The position numbers were made by a program, and so were the translations under genes. The notes under the pieces were generated by a model. It worked only from the letters and a program-made list of their open reading frames with translations, did not search any database and was not told where the DNA came from. From Octopus bimaculoides (taxonomy: Eukaryota): 32,755 nucleotides of DNA. Location: the NCBI RefSeq assembly GCF_001194135.2, contig NC_068989.1, positions 37,193,356 to 37,226,110 on the forward strand, read 5' to 3'. The stretch's first letter is position 1. Each line of letters starts with the position of its first letter. Shown here piece by piece: positions 12,591-25,543 of the stretch.

Positions 12591-13369
12591 GGAGAGATCT
12601 TTCGTATTAATCTGTTGGTCACCTTAACACCATCCCCTGTCGTCCGTGTGCCACCAGTAAGGTCTAGGCTGTTATGAGTGTTTGGGCAAAGTTTCTACTT
12701 TGATAACTTCCTGTCTTCTCCGAGTCCCTGTAAAGTGCTAAGAAGTTCTTACAATCATCTTCTGACTAAGCGACTATAAGATATATAAATATATTTAATG
12801 TATATAGTTAAAGTGAAATAGCTATATCGGTGAATCAGAAAGAGATCTTGGTCCTGGTCTGTGGTTTCTGGAAAATTAATGATCACTATTTGGAAATTGG
12901 GAGCTGTGATAAGGATAAAAAGGAATACTGATTTATTCGCTGGAGAGAAAATTGAGGTTGTAGTGTTTATTCCTTTATGAAAGGAACCAATAGGAAAAGT
13001 GAAATAGTATAAGTTAACTGAGAATTGCAGATGTGAGATATATTTGACTAGCTAAGGACATTTAACGATGATGTTCTACATTTATTACTTAGTGCAAGGA
13101 AGCGGAGCAGTTGTAATATCGCTTACATAACTTCTTAGAAAAGTGGGGACAGTAAAGTTAGTGTTTTGAATTGATGTTCTGTTGGTCGGTGTCTGTAGCT
13201 AGAAGATCAGCAATGTAATTGTTCAGAATTGTACCATCAGGAGAGGAGAAACTAAAAGTTTAATGTTTAATTTGGAGGGCTATTTATTTTTAACGTTGTT
13301 GAAAACTGTAGAAGACAGTGCTCTCACCGCCAATATGTGACTGGAAGTAAATGAAAACTCTTATCCTTA

Positions 13370-13890
13370 TAGAAGGATGAAAGGAAAAGTCAAACTTAGA
13401 AGAATCACCTCAGTGCTCTATCGTTTCAACTACATTTGATGTTGATTTCAAATTTTGGCACAAGGCTAGCAGTTTTAGGAAAGGAGCTAAATCGATTACA
13501 TTGACCACAGTTTTCAACTGGTACTTATTTTGTCGACACCGAAAGGATGAAAGGCAAAGTCAACCCCGGCGAAATTAAGAACTCAGAACGTGATAACGGA
13601 CGAAATGCCACTAAGCATTTTGCCCGGCTCGGTAACATTTCTGCCACCTCGCCGACTTTACTGCATTTGATATTGATTTCAAATTTTGGCACAAGGCCAG
13701 CAGTTGAGGAGGTGGAGCTAAATCGTTTACATCGACCCCAGTGCTCAACTGGTACTTATTTTATCGTCCCCGAAAGGATGAAAGGCAAAATCAACCTCGG
13801 CGGAATTTGAACTCAGAACGTAAAGACGGAAGAAATGCCATTAAGCATCATACCCGGAATGATTCTGCCATTTTACTACATTTAATATTA
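13370..13890 (-). mobile_element. Head-to-tail tandem array (~231-bp period, about 2.3 units) of a tRNA-derived SINE
   Basis: tttcaaattttggcacaagg recurs at 13446 and 13677; gaaggatgaaagg.aaa.tc occurs three times. The reverse complement gives a tRNA-like head (ggcagaa...gttctgagttcaaattccgccgagg). Confidence 0.85.
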
Positions 13891-15014
13891 AAAGGACGAA
13901 ACTTAATTTCTTAATTCTTCAAAAATACCCAAATCATACAACACCTACATTAACATATCAATTTATAACCCCTGGTACAAAATATTCCTGTTTTTTCATT
14001 CGACTGTGAAATCCTGTGACTTTACAGACAAGATATTTCCTGATTTGTCGGCTATTGAGAGGTAGAGTACATGATTTTGTCATCATTAATCTTCAGCCTG
14101 ATATGATGTAAGTTATGGAACTTAAACTAATAATTCGGATGCAAAATCTATAGTATTTTAATATTTTTTTCACGTAAACACCTCAGAAGATAGACTTTGA
14201 ATATATCTTTAGATAGATCTCCGAATATATCTTTAAATATAGCAAAAGCTCAAAGATATCACAATCACTACACATAGCAAAGAAATAGCTTTCTACTACT
14301 TTACCATTCCTATCAATGAACGATACGCAGCTTTGGCCTTAAAAGTTGCTTGAGTTATCTCTTGTAGCAATCCTGTATATAATAAATATCGTTACCAGGT
14401 CTGATTCTCAAAAATCAAAAACTTCGTTTTCAGTTACATGAAATAGTTCAGCCCTGAGCAGTCATGTTTTTGTGAATAATTTTTGCCCGAAAAATAATGT
14501 TGCCTTGATTATTAAGAACAAGGAATTTCCTTTATTAATACACTGGTGGCTATAAACAGGCCTATTATATTAATCTTGAAAAATGCGATTTTATGTCAGT
14601 CACTAATGCAGAATTTTGAGATATAAAAACATAAAAATTTCTATAAAGTTGAGAAAATTAGTCGAACGTTTTACAATTGCACCAGCCTCATCAGTCGATT
14701 TTATATCAATAAAATCTAATCTATGTAAACCAGAAGCATCTTAATTCATTGGTCAAACCTTACAGATGCTGTAGCTGAGTGACTTCCATATCTATTTTGG
14801 CATTTAAAATTAAAATGGAATTGTCTTGTATTGGAAGTAGCTGAATGTTATTTAGTCTCAGGTGTCTGATTCGACCGATAGTATGTCTATGTCTGTTTGT
14901 AACTGCAGAGGTACATAGAACAATAAACGAAAGCTTGGTTGTGATTGCAAGTGGCAAAAATGTTCCTTTTCCTTCCAAATATATTTTACACTGGGGGCCT
15001 AATAATCACATGTA

Positions 15015-15074
<60 letters not shown>

Positions 15075-16099
15075 NNNNNNNNNNNNNNNNNNNNNNNNNN
15101 NNNNNNNNNNNNNNNNNNNNNNNNNNNNNNNNNNNNNNNNNNNNNNNNNNNNNNNNNNNNNNNNNNNNNNNNNNNNNNNNNNNNNNNNNNNNNNNNNNNN
15201 NNNNNNNNNNNNNNNNNNNNNNNNNNNNNNNNNNNNNNNNNNNNNNNNNNNNNNNNNNNNNNNNNNNNNNNNNNNNNNNNNNNNNNNNNNNNNNNNNNNN
15301 NNNNNNNNNNNNNNNNNNNNNNNNNNNNNNNNNNNNNNNNNNNNNNNNNNNNNNNNNNNNNNNNNNNNNNNNNNNNNNNNNNNNNNNNNNNNNNNNNNNN
15401 NNNNNNNNNNNNNNNNNNNNNNNNNNNNNNNNNNNNNNNNNNNNNNNNNNNNNNNNNNNNNNNNNNNNNNNNNNNNNNNNNNNNNNNNNNNNNNNNNNNN
15501 NNNNNNNNNNNNNNNNNNNNNNNNNNNNNNNNNNNNNNNNNNNNNNNNNNNNNNNNNNNNNNNNNNNNNNNNNNNNNNNNNNNNNNNNNNNNNNNNNNNN
15601 NNNNNNNNNNNNNNNNNNNNNNNNNNNNNNNNNNNNNNNNNNNNNNNNNNNNNNNNNNNNNNNNNNNNNNNNNNNNNNNNNNNNNNNNNNNNNNNNNNNN
15701 NNNNNNNNNNNNNNNNNNNNNNNNNNNNNNNNNNNNNNNNNNNNNNNNNNNNNNNNNNNNNNNNNNNNNNNNNNNNNNNNNNNNNNNNNNNNNNNNNNNN
15801 NNNNNNNNNNNNNNNNNNNNNNNNNNNNNNNNNNNNNNNNNNNNNNNNNNNNNNNNNNNNNNNNNNNNNNNNNNNNNNNNNNNNNNNNNNNNNNNNNNNN
15901 NNNNNNNNNNNNNNNNNNNNNNNNNNNNNNNNNNNNNNNNNNNNNNNNNNNNNNNNNNNNNNNNNNNNNNNNNNNNNNNNNNNNNNNNNNNNNNNNNNAT
16001 ATATATATATATATATATACATACATATAATTATATATACATACATACAAGTGGACAAGCTTCGTAACACAACATGAAAATTAACATACTGATATCAGA

Positions 16100-16830
16100 C
16101 TTAGGATAATGAACAATGTGTCCCCACTATGCGAACCCTATAAAACGGAAGAACATATACAGAACTTCATGTACCGCATGCAGTTCTTTGAATATGATCA
16201 GAAAGATAGGGTTCGAGTATACAGGGGCGCTAGAAAGAAATTAGATAACATTATATGTAATGATACCAGTTGTACCTGCCCTAGATATAGAAACAAAGAA
16301 TGGAATAAGATACAAAGAACTTGTGACAAAGCAAACAGGGTGAATACGTGGTATAAAACCGACAAATATCAAGGAATGATGTAGAGGCCACAGCCCATGG
16401 AAAACTAGCCCGTAGATTTAGAAAAGCTCTGAAGGAGACCAAAGTAAACATTAAGATTGTTGAAAAGCCAGGGAACTCCATCAGATCACAACTATGTGGG
16501 ACGTACGTTTTTGAGAATACCATATGCACCAATGATAACTGAATGGTATGTAGAATTAGCCCTGGTATTACCTGTAGAACTGGAAATGTAGTTTACAGAA
16601 TAAGATGCATAGAAGGTGCTTGTAAAGACATGAACATGACATACACAGCGGAGACATCTAGGAGCATTGGGGAACGACTAAATGAACATCTGAGACAATA
16701 TGACGACAAAAAACAGTCCTTCATACTCTACCAACATGGAGGCAACCTGGGTCAACTTGACGTCCGCATATTATCCAAGCACCGAAAGACCCAACACTCA
16801 GACAAATACGGGAGTGCGTCCTTATAAATG
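16100..16830 (+). pseudogene. Penelope-like element fragment (Neptune-type thumb/linker, Cys-rich region, GIY-YIG endonuclease)
   Basis: ...IKIVEKPGNSIRSQL...CTNDN*MVCRI...CRTGNVVYRIRC...YTAETSRSIGERLNEH, a GIY-YIG signature with a Cys-rich linker; in-frame stops. Confidence 0.85.
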
Positions 16831-17207
16831 AAACTTCCCCAATACTAAATAGGAAATATACATAGTAGATATCATACCACTATACCCACAGTTTACACAG
16901 ATAGAGTAGAATAGTTAGTGGGCTGTTATAGAGAGAGATGTATGTGTGTGTGTGTGTGGGGGGGTGTATGTATATATGTGTATATGCACATGTATGTAAC
17001 CATATGAATATGAAAATAAACAGATCAACATACAGACGAATAGGTACATAGGTTATATGAACAGACAAGCACACATGCGCAAATGGAGACTGAAACACAT
17101 GACCCTATATACACACACACTTTACTTCACACAACGACACATATGGAGACACGTCTCCACACATATGGAGATGCACATCCATACATACAAACACGATACA
17201 TAGTTGC

Positions 17208-17254
<47 letters not shown>

Positions 17255-18026
17255 AGACATGCACATACAAGGAGACAGAGGTGCATACATATACAAACAC
17301 AAGTACACACACACACACATATATAAAAAAACACACAAACACGGACACGCAAGCACATGAATATGCAGAATAGATACATACAGATGCACACACATATATA
17401 CATATGCATACACACACATATATACATACACACACATGCATACATACATACATACATACACACATACATACACACATACATACATACATACATACACGCA
17501 TGCATGCATAGGAACACACTGAGCGACACACATGCGCAAAAACAAACGAAAAAGGAACGCAGTGTAAATAACGGACAGAGTCAAAACTATTGAAAAGGTT
17601 GCAAGATGCAACGAAAATTTTAGGAAAATAAAAATAAGAAATAAATGGAAATTTTACCGGTGAGTGTGTTAAATTATAAGGCACTAAAAGAAAATGNNNN
17701 NNNNNNNNNNNNNNNNNNNNNNNNNNNNNNNNNNNNNNNNNNNNNNNNNNNNNNNNNNNNNNNNNNNNNNNNNNNNNNNNNNNNNNNNNNNNNNNNNNNN
17801 NNNNNNNNNNNNNNNNNNNNNNNNNNNNNNNNNNNNNNNNNNNNNNNNNNNNNNNNNNNNNNNNNNNNNNNNNNNNNNNNNNNNNNNNNNNNNNNNNNNN
17901 NNNNNNNNNNNNNNNNNATATGCATGTATATATATATATGTGTGTGTGTGTATGTATATATGTGTATATATATATAAATAAGTATATATGCATGTATATA
18001 TATGTGTGTGTGTATGTATATATTTG

Positions 18027-18075
<49 letters not shown>

Positions 18076-18649
18076 GTATATATGCATGTATGCATATATA
18101 TACATGTGTGTGTTGCGTGCGTGTATGTGCGCGTGTCTGTGTGCGTGGAAGCATGGGAAAATTGAATGCAGCTCTCACAAATGAAGTAGTGGTATTTACG
18201 GAAAACCAGAATGTAAATGTCCTGAAAACCAAATTTATAACCTACTTTGTGAAGGTGCGTAACCTAGTGTTTAGGGTGTTCGTTTCACGATCATAATGTC
18301 TCGGGTTCATTTCCTGAGCCGAGCAGCGCATTATGCCTCCGTCCAAGCACACCATTTCACGTTGCTCTACTTTTATTGAACTAAGACTGAACAGAAGATG
18401 ACTTCGTGCAGTTTTCTTCCCCGCCAGTTGTCACATCATTGAAGTGCCATTGGGTTAAAGTTTGGGAGAGTCGAGAAAACATCTATGTTTGCTAGCGACT
18501 ACATAAATACCTAAAACAATTAGGAAAGACATGGAACATGTTATTAAGTTGTATTCGCTCGTGGATGAGGGCTGCTGTTTAATCCACCCTCAGTTGTTTA
18601 AATCTACTTCAGTAAATGTCGGGGTAAATGAAAATGTAACTTATAATAA

Positions 18650-18862
18650 CTCTCACAAATATTGACAGAAGGCTAACATTTTAAGGGTAGAGGACAAGTC
18701 GATTATATTGGCCACAGTACTTCACTGGTACTTTGTTTTATTGACTTCAAAATGATGAAATAAAGTTGACCCTGTTTTGATTTGAATTCGGAACGTTATG
18801 AATCGGAAGAAATGCCACTAAATAATTTGTATGACGTATTAACTATTCTGTCAACTCACCGC
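18650..18862 (-). mobile_element. Degenerate single copy of the 13.4-kb SINE family
   Basis: aagtcgatta...ctggtact..tttat.gac...aaagttgacc...gatttgaa..c.gaacgt...gaagaaatgccactaa aligns with 13490-13650. Confidence 0.7.
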
Positions 18863-19879
18863 GTCAATATCTCATAATAGCAATATCTAATTAATTCCTG
18901 CTAATAAATTTCTTGCCTTATCACAAACCCGAGAAATAAATTATACAATGTCTGCTCTGCTTACAGAAGCAAGCTGTTGTTTATGTTAATGTTCTTTAAC
19001 GCCAAACCGGCTATGATCAAGTGAATCGACATTCGAAAGTCTACCAGCTGTGATTATTTCATCTTGTGTGTATAAGAGGGAGTGTGTCCCTCAAACCAAA
19101 ATGGATGTGTCCTTGGTAACTTAAAGCGTCAGTTAGTGGTTCAGAGGAAATTTGGTTACTATTTCTATCAATTTGATCGACCAGATCGATGATTTTTTTT
19201 TTTGCTTACTAACTCAATACCGCGTTACCTGTGTCAGTAGGAATTGTCCTTGCTGGAGACATTACATTGTTGAAATATTAGTCGTTGGCTATTTGTACAA
19301 TATGGCTGACATTCTAAACTATTAACTGTCTCTAAACATCAACCAAAGTAGCCATATGAAATTAAATATAAATTAGAATAAACGTAAATTCTCTTTCTCT
19401 CTCTGCGTGTGTATATATATTTGTCTGTGTATCAAATCTGAGTCTTTTCTCAAGAGCAGCCATCAATCCTTGACCAAGTTAGTTTGTTCACATCTTCCTA
19501 TAGTGCTTGTATTCTCATTCATAAATACTTTATGATTGTTACTAGGTAGAAGCCAGAGGAGTGAAGGTCTCTAAAGAATGAACTAAAATTAGTAAGCAGA
19601 GATTTATATTCAATGTTAATCTACTAATGGAATTTTAAAGATGTGTAGGAATCTTCACCGATTCTTCATTTTGTCGAATGGATTTACTGTTGTATGGATT
19701 CTAATGACTGATGTCAAGAGATCAGGTCTTCAGAAAATAGATAACACATGTACATATCTTATTACACAGCCATGCACACATATGCGCTTAAGCATATACG
19801 TATACATGCACACTCACAAACACGTATGAGAATGTACACGCGTATTTACAGATCAAAATCAAACACGTGTTTATATCAC

Positions 19880-20145
19880 TTCTTCTTCTTATTCTTCTTC
19901 TTCTTCTTCTTCTTCTTCTTCTTCTTCTTCTTCTTCTTCTTCCTCTTCTCCTCCTCCTCCTTCTCTTCTTCTTCTTCTTCTTCTTCTTCTTCTTCTCCTC
20001 CTCCTCCTCCTCCTCCTCCTCCTCCTTCTCTTCTTCTTCTTCTTCTTCTTCTTCTTCTCCTCCTCCTTCTCTTCTTCTTCTTCTTCTTCTTCTTCTTCTT
20101 CTTCTTCTTCTTCTTCTTCTTCTTCTTCTTCTTCTTCTTCTTCTT
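19880..20145. repeat. Compound (CTT)n/(CCT)n trinucleotide array
   Basis: Directly visible; source of the poly-E/K/R/S/L/F pseudo-ORFs. Confidence 0.95.
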
Positions 20146-20329
20146 TTTTCTCTAGACGCCCGTACAAAAAAATGGTCCCATACACTAACTCGGAGACATG
20201 TACAAACATATACAAACTTACATTTGGATACATCTACTTTCAATCGTTTATATATATATATATAAAACAAGCAAAGTAGCTGGTTAGAAAATGTCTATGA
20301 AATGAAAATAGTAACTATACTGAGAAGTA

Positions 20330-20769
20330 ATGTTTATCACCACATCAAAATGGATGTTCCATAGGAATCGACGTTACTACCGTTTTTAACCCCAGGAGGA
20401 GCCTCCTCCAGTTGGTTATCAATGCAATCTGAACCCGATGTATATTGTCAGCAGAGGAGAGAACTCCTACTATCTTCTAGCAGATGATCACATCATCCGA
20501 CTATACGGTTGCAGTCTATTTGTGCCCATCGTCAGTGGTGAACGTCCATCCGCTAGAGATAACCGTAATTCGTTCCAGCTTGCAATATATTAAAAAAACC
20601 AAGCGGCAACCAGTCGATGATCTTGATGGTAGGGGTTCGCTCCCTTCCTTGCAATATATATCCGGTGCAGATTGCATCGATAACCTGCTGCAGGAAGTTC
20701 CTCCTGGGGTTAAAAACATTATTAACGTCGATTCATATGGAACGGCCATATTGATGTGGAGTTAAACAT
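20330..20769. mobile_element. Non-autonomous foldback element (MITE) with ~140-bp imperfect TIRs
   Basis: The left end ccacatcaaaatggatgttccataggaatcgacgttactaccgtttttaaccccaggagg matches the reverse complement of the right end cctcctggggttaaaaacattattaacgtcgattcatatggaacggccatattgatgtgg. The similarity continues inward to about gaactcctactatc. Confidence 0.85.
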
Positions 20770-21199
20770 CTCTTATATATATATAGGGGAAAAGTAAAAA
20801 GAAAAAAGAGAAAATGCACACTGGATATAAAAAATAAGGCTTTTTAATGAAAAGTAACGATATATATATACAATTAGATGAACTGACGTAGAATTAAAAG
20901 GTATAAAAGTCATTATTGTGAATTGTTAAAGAAGATTCTAAGTCATACCGGTATCGTCAAAAGCTGTCCACTGACTTTGAATGAGCACCGATTTCCAAAC
21001 GGTATCGGGTCTAATAGTCCCTGAGTGAAAAGATTACATGCAAGGGAGGTAAGCAGTTCTGAAAGTCGTGTAATTAGGGTAGATATAAATACTGTAATAT
21101 GAATGGTATATGGGATGTATAGAAATTATTGGTATTATTGGTAATGTTAGTAGTATGTTGTGTGTTCATGTTGAGTTGTGGATGATATTTATTAATGAA

Positions 21200-21700
21200 A
21201 GTTGCCACTTCATTTATTCTTTACTGTACTGAGGTGTTCTGTGAACATTGGTAGAAAGGGAAAATTAGGAAGTTGGGTTTAAGGTTCCTAGCACAACTTT
21301 CTATGTGTTCACCGATCTCTGTCTGTATTGTGGGTAGCGGATTTGTTCTTTGTGAAGAGTTGTTCTTCGTCGGAGTGGCGTTCCTGTTTGGCCTATATAG
21401 TGATTTCCGCACCTTAAGCAGGTAATAGCATGGATTAGGTTTTCCGAGGCACAAGTGAAATTTGCATTTACCTTAAATATTTCACCATGTTTAAAGTGGA
21501 ACTCTGCACCCTCCAAAAGGTGGTGTTATGTGCTACAGTTAGGCCGCCCGCATTTTTTCACTTTTGGTTCCGTTGTTAATGGATACAGTCTTGCTCTGGT
21601 TAATATTTTTTCAATTATTTCGGTTACATTTTGCTCTGAATTAGAAGCAGCCCAAGGTATATTAACAAAATTCAACATACGTACACAAGGTATGTGTGTT
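21200..21700 (-). pseudogene. Penelope-like element fragment (Cys linker + GIY-YIG)
   Basis: ILTRARL...KVKKCGRPNCST*...FTCASENLIHAITCLRCGNHYIGQTGTPLRRRTTLH...GEHIESCA. Confidence 0.88.
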
Positions 21701-21972
21701 GTTAGTTCGTGGGTCAGCTGTTAAATGCTACTGATACTATACCCTATGCTGCTATTAATCAGTTAGTCACACAAACACATAAACAGAAATGCGCACGTAC
21801 ACATGTACTACCATCCCACGCAACATTCCCTAATATACAAACATGCTACTCGTATACACCACTTTCGCACACACGCATAAAAGAGCATATATACACATAT
21901 ACACTCCGCACACATGCATAAAAAAATCATATACACTCCCCACACACAAGTATCCTATATACAAACTCTCTC

Positions 21973-22019
<47 letters not shown>

Positions 22020-22209
22020 TACACACTCATGCACACAATGACCATTTTTGCACATTTTTGCCTTCAAAAACCACATTCTCTATCTTCCGGTCAGTTATTT
22101 TTCGGCTGTGTACCTTCCTCCTTTTCCTCCTCTGCATATGTATGCATGTATGTATGCATGTATGTATGTATGTATGTATGTATGTATGTATGTATGTATG
22201 TATGTATGT

Positions 22210-22643
22210 CATCATGCAGTTTTATTTCAAGATTTCTTTCCAATAGAGAAAGAGCCGGTTTCTAACCTAGATCCAAGACTCCGTCATTGGAATTTCAGCA
22301 TCAACAACAGGGTATTTTTGTATGTATGTATGTCTGTATATGTGCAGATTTGTATGTTTTGTTTTATGTATTTATTCTCATGCATATAGTTGCATTTCTA
22401 GACATGCTCATATATATTTAAATGATAAACTTCTGGAAAGTTTGAAAGATTGTCACAGTTTCAGTGATGGATTGGATCTGTCGTCTTTGAATTAGCATTC
22501 TCCTTTCTGATTTTGTGAAACCTAATTTCTCAAGATTGGTATCTAGGCAGTGTGTTATATATCCCCGTGCTCCAATAATTACAGGTATAAGCCTGAACTT
22601 GTAATCTGGATAGAGTAACTGCCGATTCATCAATAGTTCAGCC
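22210..22643 (-). mobile_element. 3' end of an R4/Dong-type (RLE) non-LTR retrotransposon
   Basis: LLYPDYKFRLIPVIIGARGYITHCLDTNLEKLGF...ITETVTIFQTF is the C-terminus of a restriction-like endonuclease domain. It is followed by a 3' UTR and embedded in (TATG)n on both sides. Confidence 0.8.
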
Positions 22644-23002
22644 TATGTATGTATGTATGTATGTATGTATGTATGTATGTATGTATGTATGTATGTATGT
22701 GTGAATGTATGTATGCGTGTATGTATGTTTGCATGCATGCATTCATGCATGCGTATATGTACATATGCATGAATGTATGTTTGTGCGTATGTATGTATGT
22801 GTGTATGTATGTATGTATGTGTGTATGTATGTATGTATTATGCAGGTGTAAATGTAAGAATAGGCAACTTAGGGAATTCGATAAACAAAAAACATCAAAT
22901 ACACTTAATACAAAAACTGTACATGTTTACATATAAAAAGGTCCAACTTACACAGAGTACAAATGATATCAGGAATTAAGTGGGCTGAATAAGAGTTTTA
23001 TG

Positions 23003-23096
23003 AGTCCAACAGCTGTTTCTCGGGGCTTCGTTGCCCAACATAATGATTGCAAATTGATTCCCTCACCGGATAATACCAGCCCCTGTCTTCAGGGAA
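23003..23096 (-). ncRNA. Hammerhead-like motif in the inverted pLTR
   Basis: CC-CTGAAGA...GGGGCT/AGCCCC...GAAAC-AGCT-GTT-GG with palindromic stem III AACAGCTGTT; the stem II junction is non-canonical. Confidence 0.4.
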
Positions 23097-24317
23097 GAAG
23101 TTTTACATTTGAGGCATTGACAGGAAGGAGATTAAAGATGGAATGATTTTGTGGAGAATTAACTGTATTAAAAGGAGGTGTTGGGTGGTATTTAGATAGA
23201 GAGTAGTGGGAGGAAAAAATAAATTTCAGGGTTAGGTGTCTACGTAAAAATACTGCCTACATGTGCCGTGTTATAACACTACGCTCCCACGGCGGCACTG
23301 TAGATTTCAATCGCCGCTACCATGCACACATGAACTTTTTCTCAAATCCAAATTCTAAATTATCAACCTCGTTAGCAACCTTAAATCTCAAAATATTCCA
23401 TACACGCTATCCCCCGTAAAATGCAAACATCGGCAAGTGTAAGCTATGTCTAAAAGTATCATTAACTATTCTTCACCTTTATAATTCCTAATTACTTAAT
23501 AAATTCTCTGATGTAATTTATTCTTGTAAATACAGGTACTACTCATCTTTCACGCACTTTGTTAAATCTATGTAATCCCATAACTTTAATTATCCATACC
23601 CCAAATAACCTTAAACTAAAACAAATTCAGACTAGCAACCTACTACTTAAAAAAATACTACCCCTCTCTTATTCTTTTCCATACACACATTTCCATATTC
23701 TTCTAAATTCTTCTAATCCACCCTTTCTCACATCTCTCTAAGCCTCCCCACCGTCACCCCCTTCAAAAAGTACTTAACACTACCCAACTCCTTTGGAAAC
23801 TAATCAATCTACCTCCATCCCTCCCTATTCACATCCCTCTATTCAATTTGAAGCACCTCTCCATACCATAACACCCCCTCTGATATCAACCCAATTCCTT
23901 TGCCCCACTAACAACTACTATTTTGACCACCTACTGAGCCCTACTCTATCCCCCTCTATCTTCTCTCATACTTCTCTACATACCTTACTAATCTCTCTCA
24001 GCCATTGAACCAATGAATTTATTTGCCTCAGATAATGGCCATTCCTATTTTCACTATTTTAGCCTTTAACTCTGTAGCCTTCATACAAAATAACACAAAG
24101 GTTACCATTAACATACTACCTAAACCACCTTTACCTCTTTTACCCACCTTCCACCTCTACTACTATGACTCCCTACCAGCCTCATTAATAACCCCTAACC
24201 CTGAAATTTATTTTCTCCTCCCACTACTCTCTATCCCAACTCCTCTTTCAAATACACTTAGTTCTCCACAAAATCAGTCTATCTCTTTCCTGTCAATACC
24301 TCAAATGTAAAACTTAC

Positions 24318-24410
24318 TTTCCTGAAGACGGAGGCTGGTATTATCCGATGATGGAATCAATTTACAATCTTTATTTTGGATCATGAAGCACCCAGAAACA
24401 GCTGTTGGAC
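24318..24410 (+). ncRNA. Hammerhead-like motif in the right pLTR
   Basis: CTGAAGA (24322-24328)...GAAAC (24396-24400)-AGCT-GTT-GGAC; homologous to 23003-23096. Confidence 0.4.
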
Positions 24411-24516
24411 TTGTAAAACCATTATTCAACCCCTGTAATTTCTGATATCATTTGTGTTCTGTGTTAGTCAGTCCTTTTTATATGTAAACATATGTATAAT
24501 TTTTATATTAAATGTT

Positions 24517-25543
24517 CAGGATGCGAGGGATATTTGAGGACAATTTTGGTTTACAATAAAACAACTATATTTTAACATAAATAAATATGTATTTGAATAA
24601 ACATTTGCGCAATTAGTCTTGATAATGATTTTTTAAGAAAATTATTCTAAGAAACCGCCTTCGGCTTCGTCGATTACTTCAATGCAGGACCTAAACCACT
24701 AGCATGCTGACACTATATGGTCCTTATTCATTTTGGACATCACCTGGACAATGGCGACCTTCAGTGAAGCTATGGTATTACGATGATACGATTAGTCTCC
24801 CTTTCAACAGTGCTCCACACGTAGTAGTCCATGGGGTTCAAATCTGGCGAGTTTGGAGGCCACATAATGGGTGTTACATAATCGTAAAACTGTCTGATAA
24901 CCAGTCTTGAAAATTTCGTGTGTATCTCTCTGGGCACTTCAGAAAGATCTACACACAGCCACCTGTCATTTCTTCTGTTAGACTTTTGAACCTGGTCAAA
25001 GTTTTTTTTCGTCAGAGGAAAACTAAAGCTTGCCTTGTTCGTAAGGGATTTTCATTTTGTTAAATAACTATTTTGAACAGATGAGACGATTTTCTTGTAT
25101 CTTTGCAGACAGGAATTAACCTTTCCTCATTACATAGGACTTGTATCGAATGTCACGATGTACCACATTTCTGATAGTCCACTCTGACACCCGAAGTTCT
25201 TTAGAAATGGACCTCATTGATATTCTGGGGTTTTCATCGATAATGTTTAGTGTCTGAGCGTTGTGAATGTTTTTTTCTCTTTGATTCTGGTGAAACATTA
25301 CCATCATATGCCTCCAATTCCAACCGAACTTTTTATACACATGATCTCGCAACATTTAGAAAGTTGCTAATTTCTAAATCACTGTCGTTTGCATGTATGA
25401 CAACTATGACGGCATGTATTTTCATTTCCTGAATTAGCATGATATCTTGGAAGAGTAATCTGAAAAGAAATACTGACACATTAAACAATTTGAAGGTGTA
25501 ATGAACTAAAACCGAAATGTCCTCAAATACACCTCGCACCCTG
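24517..25543 (-). mobile_element. Internally deleted maT-like mariner with both TIRs
   Basis: TIRs caggatgcgagggatatttgaggaca and tgtcctcaaatacacctcgcaccctg. The transposase remnant has an N-terminal HTH, DIRYKSYVMRKG, FSSDEKNFDQVQKSNRRNDRW, then a deletion, then WPPNSPDLNPMDYYVWSTVERE. Confidence 0.92.

Noticed and set aside
13446-13870. Regularly spaced repeats resembling a CRISPR-like array, and tRNA-like heads elsewhere as tRNA genes
   Set aside because: Eukaryotic context; the units are ~231-bp SINEs, and the tRNA-like heads lack a complete cloverleaf and continue into SINE bodies.
19788-20270. Poly-R/E/K and poly-S/L/F ORFs
   Set aside because: Translations of a (CTT)/(CCT) microsatellite.
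20935-20985. Possible HHR downstream of the minus-strand PLE fragment (GTCA/TGAC stem, GATAC-CG-GTA)
   Set aside because: The CTGANGA core is unrecognisable and GAAAC is mutated; too degenerate to support.
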